A stretch of DNA of 64,000 nt from Bacteroidia bacterium (GTDB lineage Bacteria; Bacteroidota; Bacteroidia; M30B66): the NCBI GenBank assembly GCA_965279035.1, contig OZ257142.1:4064001-4128000 (forward strand), in the 5' to 3' direction. The position numbers and the translations under genes are program-made. This document shows positions 39,460 through 48,236 of the stretch, piece after piece (position 1 is the first letter of the stretch; each line of letters begins with the position of its first letter). The notes under the pieces are model-generated. The model made no database searches, had not been told where the DNA came from, and worked only from the letters and a program-made list of their open reading frames with translations.

Positions 39460-39927
39460 ATGCATTTTAGAATACTTCTCTTCATAGTTGTTTTTATCCT
39501 TTTAAATCTTGCTTTCTCTTGCAAAATAGAAGGCTGTATGGATGATAATGCTGAGAATGTAAATTATGAAGCTAATGTAGATGATCATAGTTGCACATAT
39601 AGATCTGAACAATTTGTTGGTATATACGATGCAACTGGATTTAATGTCAATACTCTAACTCATGATACAACATATAATTCGTTTGTATTTAGTATTGTGC
39701 ATTTACAAGGCACTTATCTTTTAGTGAATAACATTGGAAACACAGGTGAATCGATGGTTGCTCAAATCAGACATGGCTTTCCTCAGATATGGCTTAGCAC
39801 AGAAAATAAGCCGAACTTAGGACAGTGGACAGGAAAAGGATCGATTCTAAATGACACTAAAATAGCGTTCATTTTTATGGAAGGAAATACTCAAATCCTT
39901 CATAACGAAACTGCTGTTCGGCAATGA
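39460..39927 (+). CDS. Lipoprotein with GC.D..A.N....A..DD.SC module, paralog 2
   Basis: Lipobox LAFSC; GCMDDNAENVNYEANVDDHSCTY; aligns along its length with paralog 1 (F.G.Y..TG, N.GNT, W.G.G, NE.AV.Q). Confidence 0.82.
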   Translation: MHFRILLFIVVFILLNLAFSCKIEGCMDDNAENVNYEANVDDHSCTYRSEQFVGIYDATGFNVNTLTHDTTYNSFVFSIVHLQGTYLLVNNIGNTGESMVAQIRHGFPQIWLSTENKPNLGQWTGKGSILNDTKIAFIFMEGNTQILHNETAVRQ

Positions 39928-40003
39928 ATGGTTGAATCACAATGTTATTAATTGCATTCATTTCATTGCTGAATTAACAGAATGAATGAAGAAAAAAAAA
40001 CTC

Positions 40004-41380
40004 TCAGTTTTTTGATATTTTGATACAATGAACCGTATTATCAATTTCGATTTTAACTAGATAAATTCCATCTGAATATGCTGTTAAATCAACTTCAACA
40101 GAAGATGTGTTTTTAACATTGTTATTCATGTATGCACGCTCCCCCCTTAGACTAAATATTTCTATTGAATTCATTTGATTTTTACTCCATAGCTTATATA
40201 TTCCATTGGAGGGATTTGGAAAAACACCAAAAGGTTCTTGGTCTTCAATTTTGTTCGAAAACCCAACATCATCAACTGTATGGAAATAATATCTTGTGCT
40301 GTCTCCTCCATCCCATTGACTTGCACTTCCCCATTTAAATGAATGTGCTAGTTGAATAAAATTTTGATCGTAACTATTGCAAAGTTGGTTGTAATTACCC
40401 CAATTACTTCCGTCCCAATTATACTTTACATAGTTATTAATTAGATCATTATTTAAATCATAATACAAATTGCCTTCATCGAGATCTACCCAATTATCAG
40501 GACCTCCTGTTTCTCCATGATAATAAATTAAATTGTTGTTCGCGTCATACGTAGAACTCACACGATTGGAAACAGGTGACCAATCAGAACCAGACCAAAA
40601 CTGAGTTTCTTGATAAATTAAATTATGATTGGAATCGAAGGAATTGTTTAACTGATAATAATTTTCCCAAGCAGTGCCATTATATGTTTGAACAACTGTA
40701 GTATTGTTTTCGTTGCTAGCGTTATAACTATATAGCGTTTGAGAAGCATCTACCCAATTACTACCATCCCAATTTTGTTGAAGTGAAATTGTATTATTGT
40801 TATTGGCATCGTATGTATTGATTGTTCTAAAGCCAGTATTTGTCCATGTGCTATTGGTCCAATTTTGATTGGTTTCTGAAATCAGGTTATTATTTAAATC
40901 ATATGTCCAATTTACCTTTGAATTATTTTCAAAAGAGTTTCCAGTCCACATAATGACTGTTTGATTTATTGTATTTCCATTTTCATCATACGTATAGGTA
41001 AGTTTATAACTATTTGCCCAAGTTAATCCATCCGTACTTTGTCGTGTTGAGCTAATTAATCTGTTATTAGAATCATATATAAAATCGATGCTTCTTCCTT
41101 TTAAAATCCAATCAACATGGTTGACATCAATATTCCAATAATGCAAGCTATCCCAAATTGGAACTAAGGTTCTGCTTGAAGAAGTTAAATGATGTTTTGT
41201 ACCATTATTAAACGGTTCACACGTATTGAATTGTTTTTCGTTTAGTTGATTATTATGCGATTTTGAAATGAGCAGTTGATCGTTTATTTTGTTGAAATTG
41301 GCTTGATACAATCCATTCATTTGTTGTGAAAATGAAGCAAAGTAGCTAAATAGAAATAAAGTAAGTAAGTGCTTTTTCAT
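40004..41380 (-). CDS. T9SS-secreted protein with YD-like (Y.YD.NNN / W.G..W) repeats
   Basis: Signal peptide; repeats such as TYDANNN..QNWDGSNW; CTD VFPNPSNG...GIYLVKI. AT-rich gene. Confidence 0.85.
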   Translation of the reverse strand: MKKHLLTLFLFSYFASFSQQMNGLYQANFNKINDQLLISKSHNNQLNEKQFNTCEPFNNGTKHHLTSSSRTLVPIWDSLHYWNIDVNHVDWILKGRSIDFIYDSNNRLISSTRQSTDGLTWANSYKLTYTYDENGNTINQTVIMWTGNSFENNSKVNWTYDLNNNLISETNQNWTNSTWTNTGFRTINTYDANNNNTISLQQNWDGSNWVDASQTLYSYNASNENNTTVVQTYNGTAWENYYQLNNSFDSNHNLIYQETQFWSGSDWSPVSNRVSSTYDANNNLIYYHGETGGPDNWVDLDEGNLYYDLNNDLINNYVKYNWDGSNWGNYNQLCNSYDQNFIQLAHSFKWGSASQWDGGDSTRYYFHTVDDVGFSNKIEDQEPFGVFPNPSNGIYKLWSKNQMNSIEIFSLRGERAYMNNNVKNTSSVEVDLTAYSDGIYLVKIEIDNTVHCIKISKN

Positions 41381-41621
41381 TTTTAGAACTTATTAGATAA
41401 TTCGGCAATTGAAACTACATTCATTTCGAATATAGATACATCGAATGTAAAATAAATTCTTCATGCTTCGATATATTCATAGTAACGATTCAATTTGTGA
41501 TTTTTTTAAATATTCCTAAATAGCTAAAAGCGTATTTTGATATGATAAAAAATTACGAAATTCATTTTATTACAAAACATGTATTGTTATACGAAAACCA
41601 GTTATTGCACTCTCTTTTTAA

Positions 41622-41675
41622 TAATTCGTAATTCGTAATTGAAAATTCCTAATTGATCATTCGTAATTGAATTTC
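41622..41675. repeat. Short heptamer tandem repeats (TAATTCG-like)
   Basis: TAATTCGTAATTCGTAATTGAAAATTCCTAATTGATCATTCGTAATTGAATTTCG. Confidence 0.55.
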
Positions 41676-41748
41676 GCACAAAGGATTGAGGGAAGCTCCT
41701 GCGCCCCGAAAGCCTGACCCGATGACGAAGGAAGAGGGATGTGCCCAA
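41675..41748 (-). repeat. Structured intergenic element (Flavo-1-like), copy D
   Basis: Reverse complement TTGGGCACATCCC...GGGTCAGGCTTTCGG...CCTCAATCCTTTGTGCG with a GCACA/TGTGC closing stem. Confidence 0.7.
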
Positions 41749-41867
41749 ATAAAATGAATTTTTATGGAATATGTGATTGATGTAAATAAGGGATAGAATT
41801 GTAAAATATATATTCGAGGAATTAAGCTGTCATTTGCTTCATCATTAATCTAATTAATTAAATACCG

Positions 41868-42290
41868 ATGAAGAAAATTGTTTTAACACTCGTAGTGATA
41901 GTAATGGCTTTTACTCAATCGATAGCTGGAACTCCGCCAAACGACGTACAGAAAGCCTTTGATAAGATGTATCCTAATGCTACGAAAATTAGTTGGGATC
42001 AAGAAAAAGCTTCAGTTTGGGAAGCCGAGTTTGTATCGGACGGTTATAAAATGGAAGCAAAATTCTCCGAAAAAGGCATTTGGATTCAAACAGAATCGGA
42101 TGTGAAAGTTTCAAATCTTCCTAGCGCTGTTAAAGAAACGATTCGCACTAAATACACTGGTTGGATGACAGAAGAAGCCAATAAAACAGAAAGTGCTGTT
42201 GAAGGAAGTTTGTATGAATTGACTTTGAAAATGGGCGTTGATAAGAAAAGTTTGTCGTTTAAAGAAGATGGTACTCAGATCAGCAAATAA
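41868..42290 (+). CDS. PepSY-like domain periplasmic protein
   Basis: Signal peptide; VQKAFDKMYPNA..WEAEF and LPSAVKETIRTKY...YEL...FKEDG double repeat. Confidence 0.87.
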   Translation: MKKIVLTLVVIVMAFTQSIAGTPPNDVQKAFDKMYPNATKISWDQEKASVWEAEFVSDGYKMEAKFSEKGIWIQTESDVKVSNLPSAVKETIRTKYTGWMTEEANKTESAVEGSLYELTLKMGVDKKSLSFKEDGTQISK

Positions 42291-42344
42291 AATTCGTTAA
42301 ACTAATTTTCTATTGATTTAGAAAATTCGGAGTAATGTTTTTAG

Positions 42345-42375
42345 AAGGGATTCCAGGTGTGGTTTCCCTTTTTTT
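42345..42375 (+). terminator. Probable terminator
   Basis: AAGGGATTCCA-GGTG-TGGTTTCCCTT followed by TTTTT. Confidence 0.6.
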
Positions 42376-42522
42376 GTGCCGAATTTTTTGGGATAATATG
42401 AAGTATGTTCTCATTTAATTTACATGAGTAAATCCAAAAAAAACAACTTCTAAAAACGACATTGAAAAAAATAACTCTCCAATTCATTTTAGTATTTAGG
42501 CATAATTAATTCGTAATTTATT

Positions 42523-44568
42523 TCAACGAATCTCCGCTCCAGGATTTACTACTTCACCCGGTTGAACAAACTTCAATTTACCATCGGCATCCTCGGCCAT
42601 CAAAATCATTCCCTGACTTTCGATGCCTTTGATTTTACGTGGTTCTAAATTGAGTAGCAGACTTACCTGTTGACCAATAATCGCTTCCGGTGCAAAATGC
42701 TCTGCAATGCCCGAAACGACAGTACGTTTATCTACACCCGTATCGACCAATAACTGCAATAGTTTATCGGCTTTAGGAACTTTTACGGCTTCGAGAATGG
42801 TTCCAACTCGGATGTCCATTTTCATAAAATCGTCATAGCTAATTGCTGGCTTCATGGGCGAATGTGCTTTTACTGGTTGTGGACGAGCTGCTTTTGATGC
42901 TTCGAGTTTTTGCAGTTGGAGCTCAACTTCGGCATCTTCAATTTTCTTGAAAAGGATTTCAGGAAGTCCAATCGCATGGCCTTTTGGAAGATGACTAATC
43001 AGCAAATCGTTCCATTCAAACGTAGCTGGTAAATTCAACATCTTACGCAAACGAGCACTGGTATCGGGTAAGTACGGCGATAATGCTACAGACAAACGAC
43101 TTACAATATCCAAACTGTAAGCAATGATTTTTTCTACTTCTTCACGGTCTGTTTCGAGATTGAGTTTCCAAGGTTGAGCATCCGCGAGGTATTTATTTCC
43201 GGCACGTGCTAATCCAATGGTTTCGATTAATCCAGCACGAAACTCATAACCCAGCATCAATTCCGGAACGCGTTCAAAAATGCGTGTTGCTGCTTCTTCT
43301 ACTTCAGCTGTTGGATTAAACTCTGTTGTAGGAACTTTTCCTTCGAAATATTTATGCGTTAAGACCATCACCCGATTAACGAAGTTTCCGAGAATATCAG
43401 CTAATTCGGAATTAACACGGGTTTGAAAATCTTTCCAGGAGAAATCTGAGTCTTTTGTTTCAGGTGCAATGGATGTGAGCACATAACGTAATTCATCACG
43501 ACGGCCCGGAAAATCCTGCAAATATTCATGCAACCAAACAGCCCAATTGCGGGATGTAGAAATTTTTTCTCCCTCAAGATTTAAGAATTCATTCGCTGGA
43601 ACTTGATCAGGTAAAATGTAATCTCCATGTGCTTTTAGAATTGTCGGGAAGATGATGCAATGGAATACGATATTGTCTTTCCCAATAAAATGCACCAATT
43701 GTGAATGTTCATCTTGCCAGTAAGGTTTCCAATCTTTCCCCGTTTTCTCGGACCATTCACGCGATGCAGAAATATACCCAATAGGCGCATCAAACCATAC
43801 ATACAACACTTTTCCTTCTTCGCCTTCGAGTGGTACTTTTACACCCCAGTCCAAGTCACGAGTGATCGCACGAGGTTGCAATCCTTGATCGAGCCAGGAT
43901 TTGCATTGTCCGTACACATTCGATTTCCATTTGTCTTTTTGAGTGAGCATCCAGTCGTTAATCCAGTCGTCTTGGTATTTATCCAAAGGCAAAAACCAAT
44001 GTTTGGTGGATTTCTTGACCGGTGCATTTCCGCTCAGTTTCGAACGCGGATTAATTAAATCGGAAGGACTTAAAGATTTCCCACATTTCTCGCACTGATC
44101 ACCGTATGCATTTTCATTGGCGCAATTGGGACATGTTCCAATGATATAGCGATCGGCCAAAAAAGTCTGTTCTTGTTCGTCGAAAAACTGCTCCGTTACT
44201 TGTTCAGTAAATTCCCCTTTGTGGTAAAGGTTGAGGAAAAACTCCTGTGCTGTTTCGTGATGAATAGGTGCTGAAGTGCGAGAATAGATATCGAATGAGA
44301 TACCCAAATCGGCAAAAGCATCACCCATGATTTTGTGGTATTTATCTACCACATCCTGAGGAGTAATTCCTAAATCACGCGCCTTTAAAGTGATTGGAAC
44401 ACCGTGCTCATCGCTACCACAAATAAAAAGGACATCTTTCCCCATTAAACGCAAAAAGCGAACGTAGGTATCGGCAGGAATATAGCAGCCGGCAAGGTGA
44501 CCAATGTGAACCGGTCCGTTGGCATACGGAAGCGCGGCAGTTACAGTGTAGCGTTTAGGAGCATTCAA
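42523..44568 (-). CDS. metG: Methionine--tRNA ligase with C-terminal tRNA-binding domain
   Basis: [13 protein letters not shown], Zn knuckle [25 protein letters not shown]-fold tail. No upstream ATG; a TTG start at 44568 is inferred because the ORF-track TTG lies inside the TATCTTTG promoter element. Confidence 0.97.
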   Translation of the reverse strand: MNAPKRYTVTAALPYANGPVHIGHLAGCYIPADTYVRFLRLMGKDVLFICGSDEHGVPITLKARDLGITPQDVVDKYHKIMGDAFADLGISFDIYSRTSAPIHHETAQEFFLNLYHKGEFTEQVTEQFFDEQEQTFLADRYIIGTCPNCANENAYGDQCEKCGKSLSPSDLINPRSKLSGNAPVKKSTKHWFLPLDKYQDDWINDWMLTQKDKWKSNVYGQCKSWLDQGLQPRAITRDLDWGVKVPLEGEEGKVLYVWFDAPIGYISASREWSEKTGKDWKPYWQDEHSQLVHFIGKDNIVFHCIIFPTILKAHGDYILPDQVPANEFLNLEGEKISTSRNWAVWLHEYLQDFPGRRDELRYVLTSIAPETKDSDFSWKDFQTRVNSELADILGNFVNRVMVLTHKYFEGKVPTTEFNPTAEVEEAATRIFERVPELMLGYEFRAGLIETIGLARAGNKYLADAQPWKLNLETDREEVEKIIAYSLDIVSRLSVALSPYLPDTSARLRKMLNLPATFEWNDLLISHLPKGHAIGLPEILFKKIEDAEVELQLQKLEASKAARPQPVKAHSPMKPAISYDDFMKMDIRVGTILEAVKVPKADKLLQLLVDTGVDKRTVVSGIAEHFAPEAIIGQQVSLLLNLEPRKIKGIESQGMILMAEDADGKLKFVQPGEVVNPGAEIR

Positions 44569-44694
44569 GTGTAAAGGAATTTGAGGCTGCAAAGATAGCT
44601 GGATTGCAAAGAGAATTCAATCGAACTGATCTGTTTGAAGCTTTACATCAAACATTAACTTGCTCTATTCTATAATTCCGAGTATTTTCGACAC

Positions 44695-45678
44695 ATGTCA
44701 TCAAAACATTCCTTACGGAAAGATCCTATTTGTCAGAATTGTGGTGAAACGGTAAGCCATCGTTTTTGCAGCTACTGCGGACAAGAAAACACCGAAAGCC
44801 GACAAACATTTCGGCATTTGTTGATGCATTTTTTCGAGGACATCACACATTACGAGGGGAAATTTTGGAAGACGATGAAGTATTTATTTTTTCGTCCTGC
44901 ATACTTAACACGTGAATTTTTATCAGGCCGAAGAATGAGTTATGTACCTCCCGTTCGGCTGTATATTTTCATCAGTTTCGTAACGTTTCTATTGCCTCAT
45001 ATTTTGCCTGAATATGAAGCGAGCGAAGAGAAAGAAATCTCTCAAACTTCTTTAGCTGAAGATGCACGAATACACAATACATTTTCATTTAGAAACAATA
45101 GCGATGGGATGAGTTTGGTCATTCCTAATAACTTCAAATCACTTGAGCAATTAGATTCCTTAATGAAATATGACCCCTATTATATGGGTGATTCAGATCT
45201 TGAATATTGGATGAATAAGCGTTTTTTACACATGCAGAAATACTCAGCTTTTGAATTGGGCGAGAAATTTAAAGAAGCATTTAGTTCGAATTTTCCCAAA
45301 GCTCTTTTTGCTTACATGCCTTTATTTGCAATGGTTCTTATGCTATTTCATCGGAAAAAAGGATGGATGTATTTCGATCATGCCATTTTTACTCTGCATT
45401 ATTTTTCGTTTCTGCTATTGTATGTAGCACTGACGCAAATTTTTAATTTATCAGAATACATTTTAAGCTCAAGCTTTTTTGAAACATTGAATTTCTTTGT
45501 TAAATGTTCCATTTTACTTTCTTTCCCCGTCTATTTCTTTATCGCACATAAAAAAATGTATTCCGAATCTTGGATTAAATCCTTCTTTAAATCTTTTGGA
45601 ATTTATCTGATCAACTTAGCCCTTTTTACTGTTGTTTTAGCTGTTTTGATGTTTTGGTCAGCGATGAGTATTCATTAA
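44695..45678 (+). CDS. DUF3667 domain membrane protein
   Basis: CQNCG..FCSYCGQ zinc ribbon, RPAYLTREFLSGRRMSYVPPVRLY, several TM helices. Confidence 0.9.
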   Translation: MSSKHSLRKDPICQNCGETVSHRFCSYCGQENTESRQTFRHLLMHFFEDITHYEGKFWKTMKYLFFRPAYLTREFLSGRRMSYVPPVRLYIFISFVTFLLPHILPEYEASEEKEISQTSLAEDARIHNTFSFRNNSDGMSLVIPNNFKSLEQLDSLMKYDPYYMGDSDLEYWMNKRFLHMQKYSAFELGEKFKEAFSSNFPKALFAYMPLFAMVLMLFHRKKGWMYFDHAIFTLHYFSFLLLYVALTQIFNLSEYILSSSFFETLNFFVKCSILLSFPVYFFIAHKKMYSESWIKSFFKSFGIYLINLALFTVVLAVLMFWSAMSIH

Positions 45679-45698
45679 GAACATTTGAAAAAATCCCG

Positions 45699-45890
45699 CT
45701 TCTACCTTAGCTCAGTGGGCGGCACTCGCTCCCTGAACTTGTCGAAGAGAACACATCTCCCAAAAGCTAACGGGATAATCAGCACACTAACTAATTAGAA
45801 AATCCGCACACTTCGACAAGCTCAGCGCACGGCACAAGTTCAAGGAAATCAAAATAGCACATCAGCATATTAGCAAATCAGCACATTATA
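45699..45890. repeat. REP-like palindromic units mixed with octamer repeats
   Basis: CTGAACTTGTCGAAG (45733-45747) inverted against CTTCGACAAGCTCAG (45811-45825); variants at 45699 and about 45836; (C/T)AGCA(C/T/A)AT octamers at about 45855-45886. Confidence 0.65.
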
Positions 45891-45940
45891 TTACCTTCGT
45901 CTAGTTCCGGTTCCGGTGTTTCATTAAACATTCGAACCCA

Positions 45941-46303
45941 ATGGCAGCACACAACGACTTAGGAAAACTCGGAGAAAATCTCGCGGCAGATTTTCTTATC
46001 GAAAACGGATTTACAATTCTCGAACGCAACTGGCGTAACCGTTTTGAAGAAATCGACATCATTGCAATCAAAGATTCATTTCTGGTGATTGTGGAAGTGA
46101 AAATGCGCACAAACAATAATTATGGATCTCCTGAAGACGCAATTAGTCTTCGAAAACAACGGAATCTTGTCAATGCAGCTGATGTTTATATCCGTGAAAA
46201 AAACAGCGATCTCGAAACTCGATTCGATGTGATTGCCGTTACAGGCACTGAAAATCAGCACAGTATCCATCACATTCCTTGGGCATTCAGTCCATTTGAC
46301 TAA
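45941..46303 (+). CDS. yraN: YraN family protein (UPF0102)
   Basis: LGKLGE..A, RNWRNRFEEIDIIA, VEVK, RFDVIAV. Confidence 0.93.
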   Translation: MAAHNDLGKLGENLAADFLIENGFTILERNWRNRFEEIDIIAIKDSFLVIVEVKMRTNNNYGSPEDAISLRKQRNLVNAADVYIREKNSDLETRFDVIAVTGTENQHSIHHIPWAFSPFD

Positions 46304-46347
46304 TAATAGGTGAAAATGGGCTACTTTTGCAGATTCAAGTAATCCCT

Positions 46348-48222
46348 ATGGCCAAGAAACCGGCAGAGAACGCATCAGAACCCGAAGTTGGTTCAACGCG
46401 TCCGAAACGACTCAAAAAATCAGAACTCGAAGAAGCCCCGCGGGAGCGGCGCACACGGGTAAAAAAAGACGAACCTGCTGCTGAGAAAGCTCCCAGGAAA
46501 AGCGCTACCCGAGCTCCCAAAACTGATTCGGATGCACCAATCAGAAAACCTCGTGCTTCAAAAGTTTCTTTTGAATCGGAAAAACCGGAACGAACTTCGG
46601 CACCTAAGCCTTCCAAAGAAGATTACGGTGTTGATGCATTTGCCAAACTGATTCCTGGAAAAAAACGTGAAGGAATGGTCAAACGCGAACCGCGTGGAAA
46701 CCGTCCGCCCGTTACATTCAAACCGGAAACTTCTGGCGATCGTCCAATTAAATCGTTTATAAAAGAAAGCGAAAAACGTGGCGATAAAGCCGAATGGGGA
46801 AGTGATCGTCCAGCGCCTAAAAAGCGTGATGGGATGATTCCTCGTAAAGACAAAGACAGCTATTCTAACAGCGATCGTCCAAAACGGTACGACGACAAAC
46901 CATCTGACAAGAAATTCGATGATCGTCCGCCTCGTCGTGATGACAAACCATTCGGCAAAAAAGATTTCGATCGCCCAAAACGTTACGACGACAAACCATC
47001 CGACAAGAAATTCGGAGATCGTCCGCCTCGTCGGGATGATAAATTCTCGAAAGACACCGATAGACCTAAACGTTACGACGACAAGCCATTCGACAAGAAA
47101 GATTCTGATCGTCCGAAACGCTACGATGATAAACCATTCGAGAAAAAGTTTGGAGATCGTCCACCGCGTCGAGATGATAAATTTTCGAAGGACGATAAAG
47201 ATCCAAAACGATACGATGATAAGCCTTTCGAGAAAAAAGACTTTGATCGTCCGAAGCGTAACGATGATAAAAAATTCGGCGATCGTCCACCAAGACGTGA
47301 TGATAAATTTGCTAAAGAGGGTGATCGTCCGAAACGATTTGGAGATAAGCCTTTCGAAAAAAAATTTGGCGATCGTCCAGCTCCGCGCCCAAGAGGGAAA
47401 TCAGATCAAGATTGGTCCGAACCCATGGAACGACCTGAATTCTTAAAAGGAAAACGCCCAACACCATACCGTGTTAAGAAAGCGCATGTTCCAACCTTAG
47501 AAGAAACTGATGGAAAAATCCGCTTGAATAAATACATCTCCAATGCTGGAATTTGTTCCCGCCGTGAAGCTGATGACATGATCAAAAGCGGAGCTATTAA
47601 AGTGAACGGGAAAGTAGTTACTGAATTGGGAACTCGCGTGAGTCCAGATGATAAGATTCAATACGGTGATGAAACACTAAGCAAAGAAACCAAGCGCTAT
47701 CTATTACTCAATAAACCCAAAGACACCATCACGACTTCGAGCGATCCTGAAGGACGGAAAACGGTGATGGAATTAGTGAAAAATGCATGTAAAGAGCGAT
47801 TGTATCCGGTTGGACGTCTCGATAGAACCACAACGGGTTTGCTCTTAATGACCAATGATGGTGAACTAGCTAAAAAGCTGACACATCCTAGTTATCAGGT
47901 AAAAAAAATCTATCACGTAAGTTTGGATAAAAACTTAAAAGCGGTAGATATGAAACGCATTCTCGACGGTTTGACTTTAGAAGATGGTTTAGCTGAAGTG
48001 GATGAAATTGCGTATGTTGGCGAAGGAACTGAAAAATCGGAAATTGGTATTGCAATTCATTCAGGTAAAAACAGAATTGTACGTCGTATTTTTGAACACC
48101 TCGGTTACGCAGTTGTGAAGTTAGATCGTACATATTTCGCAGGTTTGACGAAAAAAGACCTTCCACGTGGGAAATTTCGTTTTCTCACAGAAAAAGAACT
48201 GATCATGCTCCGTATGAGCTAA
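46348..48222 (+). CDS. rRNA pseudouridine synthase (RluB/RsuA family) with long charged repetitive N-terminus
   Basis: S4 domain RLNKYISNAGICSRREAD; YPVGRLDRTTTGLLL; GKNRIVRR. Confidence 0.93.
   Translation: MAKKPAENASEPEVGSTRPKRLKKSELEEAPRERRTRVKKDEPAAEKAPRKSATRAPKTDSDAPIRKPRASKVSFESEKPERTSAPKPSKEDYGVDAFAKLIPGKKREGMVKREPRGNRPPVTFKPETSGDRPIKSFIKESEKRGDKAEWGSDRPAPKKRDGMIPRKDKDSYSNSDRPKRYDDKPSDKKFDDRPPRRDDKPFGKKDFDRPKRYDDKPSDKKFGDRPPRRDDKFSKDTDRPKRYDDKPFDKKDSDRPKRYDDKPFEKKFGDRPPRRDDKFSKDDKDPKRYDDKPFEKKDFDRPKRNDDKKFGDRPPRRDDKFAKEGDRPKRFGDKPFEKKFGDRPAPRPRGKSDQDWSEPMERPEFLKGKRPTPYRVKKAHVPTLEETDGKIRLNKYISNAGICSRREADDMIKSGAIKVNGKVVTELGTRVSPDDKIQYGDETLSKETKRYLLLNKPKDTITTSSDPEGRKTVMELVKNACKERLYPVGRLDRTTTGLLLMTNDGELAKKLTHPSYQVKKIYHVSLDKNLKAVDMKRILDGLTLEDGLAEVDEIAYVGEGTEKSEIGIAIHSGKNRIVRRIFEHLGYAVVKLDRTYFAGLTKKDLPRGKFRFLTEKELIMLRMS
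46873..47385 (+). repeat. Intragenic DRPKRYDDKP / DRPPRRDDK low-complexity repeats
   Basis: About 11 alternating units in the protein; GATCGTCC recurs in the DNA. Confidence 0.85.
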
Positions 48223-48236
48223 GTAGAATATTGAAC

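Noticed and set aside
28453-42500. tRNA-anchored integrative element or prophage
   Set aside because: No integrase, phage or conjugation genes, and no duplicated tRNA 3' end seen.
46919-47446. 175-aa alternative-frame ORF within the pseudouridine synthase gene
   Set aside because: A by-product of repetitive codons that lack stops in that frame.
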